A DNA stretch of 63,813 bases, filler included, from Basidiobolus ranarum (GCA_040143965.1; 44 parts of 44 records of this genome joined end to end with filler, not necessarily neighbours in it), one strand, 5' to 3'; numbered from the whole stretch's first letter, positions 1 through 12,560 are shown. Made by a program: numbers and translations. Notes: generated from the sequence alone by a model not told the origin.

Positions 1-998
1 GAAAAGAGACAAGAAGGCCTTTAATGTCACTTGTCAAAGTTTGAAGGATTCACAACTTGTGAATATTCAATATGCAAAGACTTCCCATCAAGCTTGGACT
101 ATATTGGAAGAGTGTTATTAAGCAAAGAATCTTGCTGATAGACTGTTTCTCAGACAAAAATCCTTCAATATAAAGATGGAAAAGTCTGAAAGCATGGTTA
201 CTCATATTGCAAATATGAGATCTTTGGCAAAACAACTGGAAAATATTGTTGCAACTTTACAGGAAGAAGATGTCATTATGACTCTTCTAAGTAGTCTACT
301 AGAAAAATATTCAAACTTGGTCACAGCTTTGGAAGCAAGATCTGACAAGTTGTCTTTGGAGTTTGTAGTAGCAAGGCTAATGGAGCAACATCTCGGAAGT
401 AAAAAATTTGAAAAAGAATCAGAGGAAGTGGCTCTTTTTGGAGCTGAAAAATGTAGCTTTGGCAAGTACAAGGTTACAAAAGAAGGAGACCAGGTTTATG
501 CTATGGTTGTAACAACCCAGGACACCAGATAAAAGATTGCGAATATAGGATTTACAACAAAAGTGAGAAGTCAGAACAAGCAAATCAGGTTTCAACCAAA
601 GAGGAAGTATTATTCATTTCTGCCCTAACAGTGACCTCTGAACAAGACTGCTGGTCATGGTATATCAATTCTGGAGCCTCTCAACATTTCTCTAATCAAA
701 AAAACTGGTTTAAGACACTCAAAACTGATGTAAACAAGAAGGTTTATATGGGAGATGACTGGCCACTAAAAGCTCTGGGAGTGGGAGAAATTGAAGTTGA
801 TCTTGGTGGCATCTCTGGGGATATGTATTTGGCACTGAAAAATGTGCTATATGTGCCTGGGATAGCAAACAATTGTTATCAGTGAGTAAAGCTACATCTC
901 AGGGATATAGCTTTAATTTTGATCAAAATGGCTGCACAATCAGGGATCAAAAAGGGAATTATGTAGCTTTTGGAGCTAAGCAAAAGAACTTGTATAAA
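1..998 (+). mobile_element. Decayed Ty1/copia gag-protease fragment
   Basis: Gag-like ORF 176-532 (LQEEDVIMTLLSSL..YSNLVTALE) and protease motif WYINSGASQH in ORF 631-885. Stops and frameshifts. A second gag copy lies at 33231-33397. Confidence 0.9.
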
Positions 999-1180
999 GG
1001 ACTTGTTCTCTGTGATAGTGCCAGATTGTGCTGTATATGTCATATTGGATAAATTATTCTAAAATTTATGCGGCACAATTTGGCACTATCCATCACCCTC
1101 TGGCATGATCAGTTCCAATCACATTTACTCTAATATATTTATCCAAGGTCCGATAAATCCTGGCACAATGGAACAAGTTC
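999..1180. mobile_element. ~182-bp non-autonomous PHIS (PIF/Harbinger-ISL2EU)-type element
   Basis: Inverted ends GGACTTGTTC...GAACAAGTTC with internal GGCACAAT/GGCACTAT motifs. The same ends occur at 4805-4813, 20037, 21897, 31003 and 52361. Confidence 0.6.
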
Positions 1181-1360
1181 AATCTGTAGGCATTGTAAAA
1201 GATGCAGCAGGGAATGTATTGAATACTGGCATAGATTCAGTCCTATCTTAGACTAAACACAACAAGATTTTTGTATTTTTTGATTCTCATTATGGCTGGA
1301 ATACAAAGCCTAAAATATCTAAATAAAGGCATGCATATTAATTCAAATTCCTACAGCAGT

Positions 1361-1460
1361 NNNNNNNNNNNNNNNNNNNNNNNNNNNNNNNNNNNNNNNN
1401 NNNNTTAATTAATTAANNNNNNNNNNNNNNNNNNNNNNNNNNNNNNNNNNNNNNNNNNNN
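1361..1460. other. Artificial contig linker N44-TTAATTAATTAA-N44 (first of 43, recurring about every 1450 bp up to 62369-62468)
   Basis: Identical 100-nt spacer with stops in all six frames. The contigs between linkers shrink steadily from 1360 to 1345 bp. Confidence 0.99.
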
Positions 1461-2820
1461 AGAATTATTACAACAAGGGAATCACAGGCAGAACACCGTA
1501 ATGATTTGTATGTGATCATAAGTAAAAACTATAAAGTTGCTCTACAGGCCATGACAAGTAATAATGCTGCAATATTGCAATTAATGCAGCATTTGGAGGC
1601 AACTAGTCAACAGTTGTAGAGTCACTCAATAATGATACTAGACATTTGGAATGCTGTACTTGAGCTACACCAACATGCTGCTCCCTCTGTCCATTTACAT
1701 ATGGGATTTCAATCAATACCACACCATTCATAGGAATGTCACCATAACAATCTAGCAGAGCAGAATATGTGTTGGACCATTAAGCCTACACAACAACCTC
1801 AAATTGCTTGTACACATGAAAGTAGAAATCTCATAGGAAAACTGGCAAACCAAAAGCCTCTGAATGTCAGAGCCACCATCACTTGCTCTGATGATGAGTG
1901 GCTTAACATTTTGGAAACTTTGAGGAATCTTGCCTGAAATCACCTTGATTTGAACCATTTGTGGAAAAAACAAAAACCAGCCATTACTCTGATGGTTCTT
2001 GACTTTTTTCATGTGGCTAAACCTGGGTTTTTGCAAGCAAATGGCAATTGGACTAGTATAGGCCTATTCATGAAACATCTCAGAAATGTACAAATTATAG
2101 ACTTGTAAAAGAATGAAAAGCAGCTAAAGAAGTACTCAAGGAGCAGGAAGCTAGTGAACCCAAGGGAAAAGTAAAGGAGCCAGTGAGTTTAGGCTCTACT
2201 GTCCCACTTACCAAATTCTTAACAGCATTACAAAGATCTGCATTTCCAGAGTCAGATATTCTGGCAAACAAGCTTAATTTCACCATGGAACCAGGTACAC
2301 TGGTTGGAAGAGTGCTAAAATTGGAAGTTTATGCAACACCTGGCACCTCTGAACAATCCAGAACACCAATAAATAAAACTCATGGCTCTCCAACCTCAAC
2401 TGGTACTTTCAAAAGTGTTGAAATTAGGCCCAAAGCTAAAGGTAAGCAAAAAGCTACACAAACATCAAAAAGCACCCTCAGTAGTGTCACAACACCAGGA
2501 TATATAAAAATAGTAAAAGTACTTGAAGACTATTTTCAAAAGTATAAAGCAAAATATGCCATACAAGTATACAGAAGGTGGCTTCAGAAGAAGAACATTC
2601 AATTAGACATTCAGTCTGGTGTTGACTGTGCAGATATCTGGGAAGAACTTAATACAGAGTGGCACAATATCACAGTGTATCTGCCAGATAGCTGCAAGAA
2701 TGTTGATTAAGCAATGTTAATACAATGGTTGGCTTTGATGGAGATTTCGATACAAACATGTGTTGGATATGAACTAAGCCTTGGGTATGAAGACCTCTAT
2801 AAAAATCTTTACGAGAAGTA
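1461..2820 (+). mobile_element. CACTA-like element ORF2 (unknown function), decayed copy
   Basis: Homologous to copies at 5840-7198, 23322-24426, 36403-37753 and 59579-60008. The last of these runs into the CCCTAACA terminus. Confidence 0.75.
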
Positions 2821-2920
2821 NNNNNNNNNNNNNNNNNNNNNNNNNNNNNNNNNNNNNNNNNNNNTTAATTAATTAANNNNNNNNNNNNNNNNNNNNNNNN
2901 NNNNNNNNNNNNNNNNNNNN

Positions 2921-4280
2921 GTGCAAACAGATCAATAATGGAAAAGGCAAGATCAATGCTTCATGATCAAGATTTACCAAAACAGTTCTGGGCTGAATTG
3001 GTTGCAACTGCAGTATATATTAGGAATAGATATCCTGCTAGGTCTCTATTGGCTATGACACCTTATCAAGCTTGGTTTAAAAGTAAACCTGGTGTGGCTA
3101 ATCTCAGAGTTTTTGGAAGTACCACATATGCAATGATTGCAGACCAGAAGAGCTTGAAATTAGACCAAAAAAGCCAGAAATGTCTTTTTTTGGGATATTG
3201 TGATGGGACAAATGGGTACAGACTGCATGACACTTAAAATAAGAAGCTAATCAAGTCAACAGATGTCGAATTTGCTGAAGAAGAAAAATTTTCAATCAAA
3301 ACAATCCAGGATCAAGTAAAACAACCAAAAATTGATGAAAATTTTTCTTTTTCTCACCAGATCTGGATCCGTGAGAGAAACATTGAAAATCTCTCACCTG
3401 CAGTGGCCTCAACCAAGCCTGAGGTGGTTTCATTGCCTAAATTGGTACCAGAAGTTGTAGTGCCAATTTCCCATCTTAGGAGATTCAATTAAAACTGCTT
3501 TTTTGAATGGGGACTTGGAAGAGGATATATTCATGGATCAACCAGATGATATGTGGATCCTGAGCACCCTGAGGATGTGTGTAAGCTACAAAAATCACTC
3601 TATAGACTTAAGCAATCACCCAGGGCCTGGTACACTAAGATAGATACATTCTTGGAATCACTTGATTTCCAAAACAGTACGGCGGATTTTGGGATATACT
3701 TTGAGACAGATAAGGACAGTAAGGTGATACTTGCCTTTATGTAGATGATCTGATTATAGCTACCAATGATGATGAAGCTCTCAGGAACACCAAAAGAGAT
3801 CTATCAGTCCAATTCCCAATGACCAATTTAGGTGAACTTATGTATTATCTAGGTCTGAAGATCCATACAGATATATTGAGTATTTCTATCACTCTGAATC
3901 AATCTAAATGCATCTCATACAATCTCAGACATTACAGGATGGAGAATTGTCAGCTAGTAGCAACTCCAATGGATCCAGGTGTGAAACTAGTCAAAAAATC
4001 CCATCAAAATGATGAAAATTGGCCAAATATGGCTCAAACTATGTCACTTGAGAGCTCTGAGTTCCCTTATCAATCTATGGTGGGTAATTTGAACTATGCT
4101 ATGACTGGAACCCAACCAGATATCTCTTTTGCAGTGGGAGTAGTCAGCCAACATGTGCAAAATCCAGGATCTGAACATTATGCAGCAGTTAAGCGGATTT
4201 TCAGATACATGAAGGGGACAATTGATCTGGGATTAAGATACACATATTCTTATGCTAATAAGGATCTAATTGGGTTTAGT
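2921..4280 (+). mobile_element. Ty1/copia pol fragment (integrase C-terminus, internal deletion, RT)
   Basis: MEKARSML..FWAE..TAVYIRNR, KCLFLGY, LQKSLYRLKQSPRAWY, YQSMVGNLNY..PDISFAV. Confidence 0.93.
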
Positions 4281-4380
4281 NNNNNNNNNNNNNNNNNNNN
4301 NNNNNNNNNNNNNNNNNNNNNNNNTTAATTAATTAANNNNNNNNNNNNNNNNNNNNNNNNNNNNNNNNNNNNNNNNNNNN

Positions 4381-4814
4381 CCAGAGGAGGGAAACTCACA
4401 GAGAGGCGAAAGCTTTATAATGACATTTTTTCATATTTTAGAGCAAGAGTAAAACATAGCTTTGGTTTCCTAAAGAGATATAGCATTATAGCAGGAAAGT
4501 ATAGAGGAAAATCATTTTGTGGGCCTTAATCAAAGTTGGGCAAAGTAGTCAAAATCTTGCTTAATTCTCAATACATCCTTACTCAAAGATATCCATTGAG
4601 AGCTCTAGACTTAAGACACTATGAATAAAGCTTTCATCATCTTTTGAATGTGCAATAATGTCTAAAAGTACTTTACTTAAATATACCACATAAGTAAAAT
4701 AAACTGTTTCCAAAACAATAAATAACATCATGCCAGATAGTGCCCAATCATGCCAATTTGTGCTGGCACACTTTTTAGCTGGCCTGATCTGGCTCAATAA
4801 AAAGGAACAAGTTG
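4381..4814 (+). mobile_element. PHIS-superfamily DDE transposase C-terminus and right terminus
   Basis: My translation from 4383 gives RGGKLTERRKLYNDIFSYFRARVKHSFGFLKRYSII, matching the IS5/DDE_Tnp_4 YN..R.VEH.FG.LK signature with E changed to K. Ends GGAACAAGTT at ~4813. Second copy at 20037-20311. Confidence 0.75.
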
Positions 4815-5739
4815 CTTGTTTTGTCATCAATAAAGGTCATAAAGTACCTTTTCCCACCCAGTGAGACATTTTTCATGGGCCCACATAGGTCAAATGAATC
4901 AGGGAAAAATTCTGAATAGAATTGATCTCTCCAGAGATTGAAAACAGCTGTCTCTGATGTTTTCCATATATGCAACATTCACACAGATCCACTTTAGCAA
5001 TATTTCCAATTTCAAAGCCTGAAACAAGCTCATTTCAGATAATTTAGGTCAGTTTTTTTTCCCAATATGGCTGAATATTCTATGCCACATTTGACAACTT
5101 ATTTCACCAGCTTTGGCCAAGTTTGCATGCTCAGAATGCAATTTGTTGCTTTCTAGCTTGTATAAGTTTTGAGTTTTGATCCTAGTAGCTAATTTGGTAT
5201 TATTCTGATCTGTGATCGTGCATCCAGCCTTAATGAACACAAAATTTAATCCTTGAGTTGTTGCTTGGCTCACTGAGAGTAGATTCATGGCTATATTTGG
5301 TACATAGAGTATATCAACAAATTTTGCAGATGGTGTAGCTGAATTTTGGTCTAAAATGAGTAAAACTGTGCCCTTACCAACTGCTTCTAGTGCAAAGTTA
5401 TCACCTAAGTAGACTTTCCTTGTTTGGATTGGTTTTCAGCTAGAAAACCAATCTTTCCTGTTTGACATATGCTGGAAGGCTCCTGAATCAATATACCTCA
5501 TTTCTGAGTTTTCTTTAGTGGTTACTGATAGGGCATACACAAATGACTGATCTCTATCAGAGCTTACTTGATTTGCTTGTTCCAATTTTAGCTTTTTGGC
5601 AAAAATCCTTTTTCTGCAATCTTTGATCAAATGGCCTGGTTTCTTGCAATACTTGCAGATGATTAATTTCCTAATAGGAGCACCATTATTGAAGCCTGTT
5701 GGACGTTTTACAGCTCCAAAAAATGCCTGTTCTGCATTA
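4815..5739 (-). mobile_element. Ty1/copia zinc knuckle, protease, GAG-pre-integrase and integrase start
   Basis: CKYCKKPGH, YIDSGAFQHM, WHRIFSHI, DLCGPM..GGKRYFMTFIDD. Confidence 0.92.
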
Positions 5740-5839
5740 NNNNNNNNNNNNNNNNNNNNNNNNNNNNNNNNNNNNNNNNNNNNTTAATTAATTAANNNNN
5801 NNNNNNNNNNNNNNNNNNNNNNNNNNNNNNNNNNNNNNN

Positions 5840-7198
5840 ACTTCAGAGTAATGCCTCGTTTTACTGTGTTACTACAACTGGCTCAAATCCAGGTGATTTT
5901 GGGCAAGATTTTGCATAGTTTCCAAAATGTCGAATCACTTATCATCAGAGAAAGTGATGGCAGCTCTGACATTCAGCATCTTTTGGTTTGCCAGTTTTCC
6001 TATGAGTTTTCTACTCTTATGTGCCCAAGCAATTTTGGGTTGTAGTGTAGGCTTAATGGTCCAACACATATTCTGCTCAGCTAAATTGTCATGGTGACAT
6101 TCATATGTATGGTATGGGAATGATTGAAATCCTGTATTTAGAATGGATGGAGGGAGCAGCATGTTGCTGTAGCTCAAGTACAACATTCTGAATATTTTGT
6201 ATCATTATTGAGTAACTCTCTAACTGTTGACTTGTTGCTTCTGAATGCTGTATTAATTGCAATATTGCAGCATTATTGCTTGTCACAGCCTATATAGCAA
6301 CTTCATAGGATTTACTTATTATTGCATACAAATCATTACGGTGTTCTGCCTGTGATTTCCTTGTTGTTATAATTCTATCCAAATTTTCTATGGAGATTTG
6401 TTCAATAGTGGGCATAGTAGCCATGTTGGAAGTTGATGGTCTTGACAGAGCTTTGGTTGAACTTTGCTCAACTATGGATTTACTACGTAATTGGGGGATT
6501 ACAATCTCTTAACTTGCACTATTGCTGGAAAGGAACACATCTGGTAAGTTGATTAATGCTTCATCATTACTTGAGTTAGTTTCCAGCATGTTAATGTTGA
6601 AGTTTATTGTCTTTATCATATTTTTAATCTTTATCTTTATACACCTAACTATTTCATATATCACATATAAGTTGGTTATCATTGCTTAGTCAAAAATCAC
6701 TTAGCTGAAAATTGGAACATATATTATATACATATGTAAATAATGTGAGAATTAGCAATTCCATATTGGAAATTTGAAACTTGTCCAAATTGCCCCAATA
6801 ATAGCTCATATTACTACCACAGATGTTCTGAATTCAACCCCAGTGTTAGCTTTCTGTATTTCCACCAAAATGTATAAATACTTTATTTCTGGAAAATAAA
6901 CAATTATCTCACAAAGCTATTGACAACTCCACTTTTCTAAAGTTCCTCCAAACAGCCCATATTTTCCCAATAGTTAATGCCTTCCAAAGTGGATAGTGGA
7001 TTGCTAGACTGCTCATCAATTAAGTCCTCTGTTCTTGCTGGTGTTTTCCTATTGTGCCAGCAGGCTTTGGCTTGGAAGCAGATTTTGACTTAGATTTTGA
7101 ATGCTTTTTGAATGGCATTGAAAATTTCAGATGGTAAACTTGGTGTAATGAATTTGCTTAGAAACAGCTTATAATAAACCAAAATTGGCATCCATTAC
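5840..7198 (-). mobile_element. CACTA-like ORF2 N-terminal region interrupted by a solo LTR
   Basis: Homologous to 36403-37753. Confidence 0.75.
6595..6972 (+). repeat. Solo LTR, family D (378 bp), with 5-bp TSD GTTAA
   Basis: TGTTGA...CCCAATA flanked by GTTAA at 6590-6594 and 6973-6977. The empty site with a single GTTAA is at ~34971. Other copies: 14909-15181, 27308-27583, 44897-45005. Confidence 0.88.
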
Positions 7199-7298
7199 NN
7201 NNNNNNNNNNNNNNNNNNNNNNNNNNNNNNNNNNNNNNNNNNTTAATTAATTAANNNNNNNNNNNNNNNNNNNNNNNNNNNNNNNNNNNNNNNNNNNN

Positions 7299-8657
7299 CT
7301 CCAGCTGATCCCCTTTAGCAATATAATCTTAGGCTTACGGCTAATACCAAGTTTGATGTTAGACTGACTATTTGGTGAATTGATATCAGTGATCATGTTG
7401 AAATCTGACCGGGCTCTTGATGGTAAAATCATGAAGTTTAGTGTTGTATTTGGATAGTAGTAATGCAAGTCTAGATAGACTATCACAGATCAGAACAAAA
7501 TCAAAGTAGCTAATGTGATCAAAACTTAAAACTTGCACAAGATAGAATTCAACAAATTGCATCCAGAGGTTGCAAGAATAGCCAAAACCCATGAACTAAG
7601 CTACTGGATGTGGCACAGAAAAATAGGCCACATTGGGGAGCAAACACTCTCCTAAATAATCCAAAATCAGCTTGTTTCAGGCTTATAAATTGCAAATATC
7701 ACCAAATTAGATTAGTGGGAAGGTTGCATGTATTGAAAAGATGACTAACAGCCATTTTCTAGCTCTGGAGAGCTCAATTCCATGCAGAAGATTGCCCTAA
7801 CTTATTCTGACCTATGTGGGCCCACGTAAAATTTCTCACTAGATGGCAAAAGGTTCTTCATGATCTTTGTTGCTGATAAAACAAGATATATTTAGATATT
7901 TTTTCTCAAATCAAAACCTGAGGCCTTAACTACACCTAAGCACTATATAGCTAAGATAGAGAAAAAATCAATATAATAATTTTTGCAGTTCACAGACCAT
8001 ATCAGTGTGTTTTGGGTTCATCTGTTTGCTCCATATAGAACTCTTCTTCTAGATTTCCATTCAGAAAGGCTGTGTTTACATCTGTTTGATGTGAATTAAG
8101 GTTATCAATGGCCAAGAGTGCCAACATTGATTGAATGGAGCTAAACTTAGCTACTGGAGCAAATGTTTCATTAAAATCAACTCCTGGAATCTAGCAATAA
8201 CCTTTTGAAACTACCTTTGTACCTTTTATGGTTCCATCAATTTAACAATTGAAATTGTAGATCCATGCACAACCTGTTGGCTTTCTTCCTGATGGTAGTG
8301 GACTTAAAGCCAATGTTTATTGTCCTGAAGTGAAGAAAGCTCATCAGACATTGATTTTTATCATAATTTTGATTTTGAACAATCCAGATATTGATCTAGA
8401 GTCTATGGCTTGTCACAGAATGCTGCATAGGCATAGACATAATCATTGGCAGTTTCCCAACAGTTCCATGGCTTGCTCCCCCTCCTGGATGATCTTCTAG
8501 GCCCTAAATTATCCTCAGATGCAAATAGGGCTAGTATTTTGGCTGAATTGGGCTCAGATACAGCTTGAATTTTGTCTGACACTTCCTGAATGGTGCGGAT
8601 TATGTTTTGTGGTTCAAGAACTATGACATGAGGTGAAAAAGTTGATTATCTGATGGG
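7299..8657. mobile_element. Patchwork: CACTA transposase (-, 7299-7480), copia integrase (+, ~7481-7975), copia RT (-, ~7985-8657)
   Basis: Sequence homology to 55240-56586 and 50899-52245. The minus strand reads [15 protein letters not shown]. Confidence 0.8.
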
Positions 8658-8757
8658 NNNNNNNNNNNNNNNNNNNNNNNNNNNNNNNNNNNNNNNNNNN
8701 NTTAATTAATTAANNNNNNNNNNNNNNNNNNNNNNNNNNNNNNNNNNNNNNNNNNNN

Positions 8758-9630
8758 GATGGGCTTAAGCTGGAAAACCTATCTTTCTTGATAGACATAT
8801 GCTGAGAAGCTCCTGAATCAATGTACCACTTTTCTGAGTCTTCCTAAAAGGTGACTGATGGGGCAGACACAAATAGACAATCCCTCTCAGTCATTGCTTA
8901 ATTTGCCTGTTCTGATTTTAACTTTTTAGCAATAATCCTTTGTCTGTAATCTTTCATTAAATTACCTCATTTCTTGCAATACTTGCAGATGATTGATTTC
9001 CTATTTGGGGCACCATTACTGATGCCTGTTTTGATGTTCCACAGCTCCAAAAAATGACCGATCTTCATTATTTTGCTGTGAATTAGAACTCCTTAACACC
9101 TCATTCAAAAGCATAGCATGAACTTTTTCCATTATTAATGGCTCTGATCTTGATTCTTGGGCAATTATGAGGTTCTCAAACTCATTTGGCAGGCTCCCAA
9201 GTAGTGTCATGACTCAGCCATCTTAAAATAGAGGTGCTACATTGGATATATGACTAGCCATACAATCATCAGAATTCATCTGATTGAGAATAATATTTGT
9301 CTAAGATATAGCTCTTTAGCCAGAATTTCAGTCTCATATAGTCCCTCTAGTGTTTCCCAAACTGGTTGGATATCTTTTGGCTAAGTATAAGTGCCTCAAT
9401 TGACAGTCTCTGAAATGCAGAAAAAGTGTAAAGAGTGCTTTCCTCTACTTCTTGTATAAGGCAAAGACAGCTTCTGGTAGTCTCTTTGGCTCTATTTCTT
9501 CTCCTGCAATAAATTGCCAGGAGCTTGTGTATCCTAACACCATTTACATCTTGAACTTCTAGAGGTGAAAGTCTTCACCAGCACACTTCTTGGTGGCTGC
9601 CCAGATGTTGGTAATACTTCTGGTAGACAT
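8758..9630 (-). mobile_element. Decayed Ty1/copia gag, followed by an LTR-E remnant (~9660-9798) and LTR-A (9799-10116)
   Basis: TLLGSLPNEFENLIIAQES. Homologous to 24776-25439. LTR-A matches 38480-38796. Confidence 0.85.
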
Positions 9631-10217
9631 TCCTTAAGCAGCTATCATGTGGTTAATAATTGCATAAAGGAGTTTAGGGGCCTTGCAAGTGTTTTGGGCA
9701 AGATTTGGGTTTGTGAACTAGATACTTGAGTTTTATTCAATTGAGTATGTCCCATTTATAGTTTACTGTGAAATAGAGCTATTGGGAATGTTTAGATCCA
9801 TTGGAGGATCTTGACATAATGGGGGTAGACTTTGAGTATTAGAAGCAACTTATGATAGTGTGTTTTAGTTACTTTATTCATAAGAGTAGTGTGTTTTGGT
9901 TAGTTTATTCTCAAGAGTATATGGTGACTTATATAGTTTCAAAGTAAATCAATTGTTTGGGATATTCAGGAGTTTGTGTAATAAGATATAATATGTAAGT
10001 GGGGATAATAAGACATACTTGTTATATAGATATAGAGATATTCCTATTTAGAATATAGGGGCTATAGATATGTTGCTTTCTGTTTCTGATATATGTATCA
10101 TAACTAAAGTTAACTANNNNNNNNNNNNNNNNNNNNNNNNNNNNNNNNNNNNNNNNNNNNTTAATTAATTAANNNNNNNNNNNNNNNNNNNNNNNNNNNN
10201 NNNNNNNNNNNNNNNNC

Positions 10218-10346
10218 ACCCAACTCATCATCAACTGGGCACTCTTCACCGTCTCCATTCCCTTCACCTTATTCGTTGCACGTGATGTCAAAGAGACCAA
10301 CAACGACGGCTCTGATGAAAAGGGAGAGGCCATCGAAAGTCTCTAA
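10218..10346 (+). CDS. C-terminal end of an UNC-93-like (DUF895-type) MFS membrane protein, partial
   Basis: TQLIINWALFTVSIPFTLFVARDVKETNNDGSDEKGEAIESL*: a final TM helix plus an acidic tail. C-ending codon bias, CpG present. Confidence 0.65.
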   Translation, partial: TQLIINWALFTVSIPFTLFVARDVKETNNDGSDEKGEAIESL

Positions 10347-11424
10347 AATAATTTGTTCAGTATCATTTACACAGTTTATTCATTCCAATCGTTAATAAAT
10401 AATTCTACAGCATTAATCTCGTTCATATCCAATTCCAGTTCTAAATAGTAATGCTTCTAGTTCTTAATATTCACGCGTAAAGCTTAAAACTTATGAATAT
10501 GATGCTCAAAAAATATTTTGTAACTATGTATATGTTACTGGAGCATATTGCAAAATATTTGCAACAGGTCTCTGTCTAAATAAAAATTTCAAAATGATAA
10601 AACAGATCTTTTTTTTTTCTCCTACCAGGGTTTATAATTTTAATATTTAAATCTAGTAAATGAAAAATATTGTTATATAAGTACATGACGATCCTTGAAT
10701 ACAGTATTCTGATCAACCATGATTTAAACAGATTGGGGGATCCTATTGGTTCCTGGGAATTATACAAGTTGGATTGTGTGTTAGTAATGGCATGATTAAT
10801 TTCATCCGATTATCACATAATAGATTTAACAGCATATGGCATGCAACAAAAAACGATATTGATAAAAAACACTCTGTTATGTAAATCTCGTTTATTTCTA
10901 AAACTCATACAGAATGAGCATTCGCAAACCACATTTTGCTTTTCCTAGAATTACTATAAATTTTTCACTATTAAAATCAAAGTTCAATTGGTAATGATTG
11001 TCTAGAAGCGAATCAGTTAATTACAAAAGATGCCGAAATTAAGTCGAGAATATCGTTCGCCATTTCCATATCGAGTTAGATTCAATTAAGCTATACTGCA
11101 GTACGTTATTAATATCCATCCATTACATTCTTCTATAGACCTCAGTATGGCTGACTTATTATAGTTGAACTTTCGACAGATTTGTGGACATATTTGGTAT
11201 TATTAATTCCTCGGTTACTTCACCTTGAAATAACATCTTGGAATGTTACATACCAGCTAGTGAAACTTTAATTTACTTAATGTAGAAATATCATTCGGCT
11301 TTATATGACCAGCTATACTTCAAGAGTTTGGAGTAGGCCTCGACCGCAAATCTAACTTTTATATAAACAGGTGGTTGGGTTATCATAGCTTCACACAATA
11401 ATTCTACTCTATCATTAATACATT

Positions 11425-11574
11425 ATGAGAATCAACAGTCCAATAGGACAAGTCCTCATGGTAGGCCTTGTCTGCTTCTGCTGCCCCGGTATGTACAACG
11501 TTATCAACGGTATGGGTGCTGGTGGTATGATGGATGACAACACCACTAAGAACGGAAACGTCGCCCTTTACACT
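11425..11574 (+). CDS. N-terminus of an UNC-93-like MFS transporter, partial
   Basis: NSPIGQVLMVGLVCFCCPGMYNVINGMGAGG is the characteristic N-terminal motif of fungal and plant UNC-93-like proteins. TATATAAA at ~11360. Confidence 0.88.
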
Positions 11575-11674
11575 NNNNNNNNNNNNNNNNNNNNNNNNNN
11601 NNNNNNNNNNNNNNNNNNTTAATTAATTAANNNNNNNNNNNNNNNNNNNNNNNNNNNNNNNNNNNNNNNNNNNN

Positions 11675-11785
11675 CATGGCTCCATATCTGGTAGGAACAC
11701 CGAAGATAAGGCCATCAGCTTCCTCCATAAGCTCAGGAGTGATGACCGGAATGTCAGGCTTAGGTGGAGCATGCATCTTGTCGAG
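11675..11785. repeat. 111-bp exact terminal direct repeat of this contig (other copy 12921-13031)
   Basis: The first and last 111 nt of the contig are identical base for base. Confidence 0.95.
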
Positions 11786-11938
11786 AACATCCTGTGAGAG
11801 GGTCTCTGGGACTTGGAAAATGGAGACTTCAACATCGGCTACTTTCTCAACACCTTCCTTGACAGCGAGGGCCATCTTGTAGATGTGTTGATAGACGGAG
11901 TAGATGATGATGAAGATCTTTGTCTTTTGTGCAGCCAT
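11675..11938 (-). CDS. Flavodoxin-like NAD(P)H:quinone oxidoreductase (WrbA/Pst2/Ycp4 family), residues 1-88
   Basis: MAAQKTKIFIIIYSVYQHIYKMA..FQVPETL..ADGLIFGVPTRYG. ATG at 11938. Confidence 0.93.
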
Positions 11939-12560
11939 GTTGAGAAGATGAGTAGAGAAAGTAGTTGGATATACTGAAGATGTATTTGATAACTGTAAAA
12001 CATCTTGAGGGTAGGTTTTATATTGGAATTGAATGTGTGATACTCGCGTTGATTTACTAATGCTAGCTGATTTCTCGGATGAATAATATCGGATAAATAT
12101 ACACCTATGCTTATTGATTTCTCGGCCCGGATAATATGTAAGCTTGGCATAAATGCTTGCTCGATTACCCCATATAAATAATTCGCCACAGCTGTTACTA
12201 CTGTCATTCTGTCTAAAAACCTCGGTTATCTGACGAGTACACATTCATCGCTGATGTATCGGTCAATCAAACTTTGGGTTTTATTCTTACGGTTTCTAGT
12301 ATTGGCTACTCAATAACCTTCAAAAGTTTTTTTTTTAAGGAAATTGCCATTGTCATTGATATAAACTTTTTTTATCCTTGCCAATCACTACCAGGCTGTT
12401 AGCATCCAAACAGAATAATATACTTGAGAATTTTTTATTAATACATATTATATATTATATCCATGGTATCACAAATTTATGCAATATTAGTACGAGGAGT
12501 AGAAGATGGTATATGTTTGAGGGTGCACAAATGAGTGCGATATTAGAGTTGGATTTAGCT

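Noticed and set aside
1405-1416. Regularly spaced TTAATTAATTAA as a biological repeat or CRISPR-like array
   Set aside because: It is always centred in N runs and is an assembly linker.
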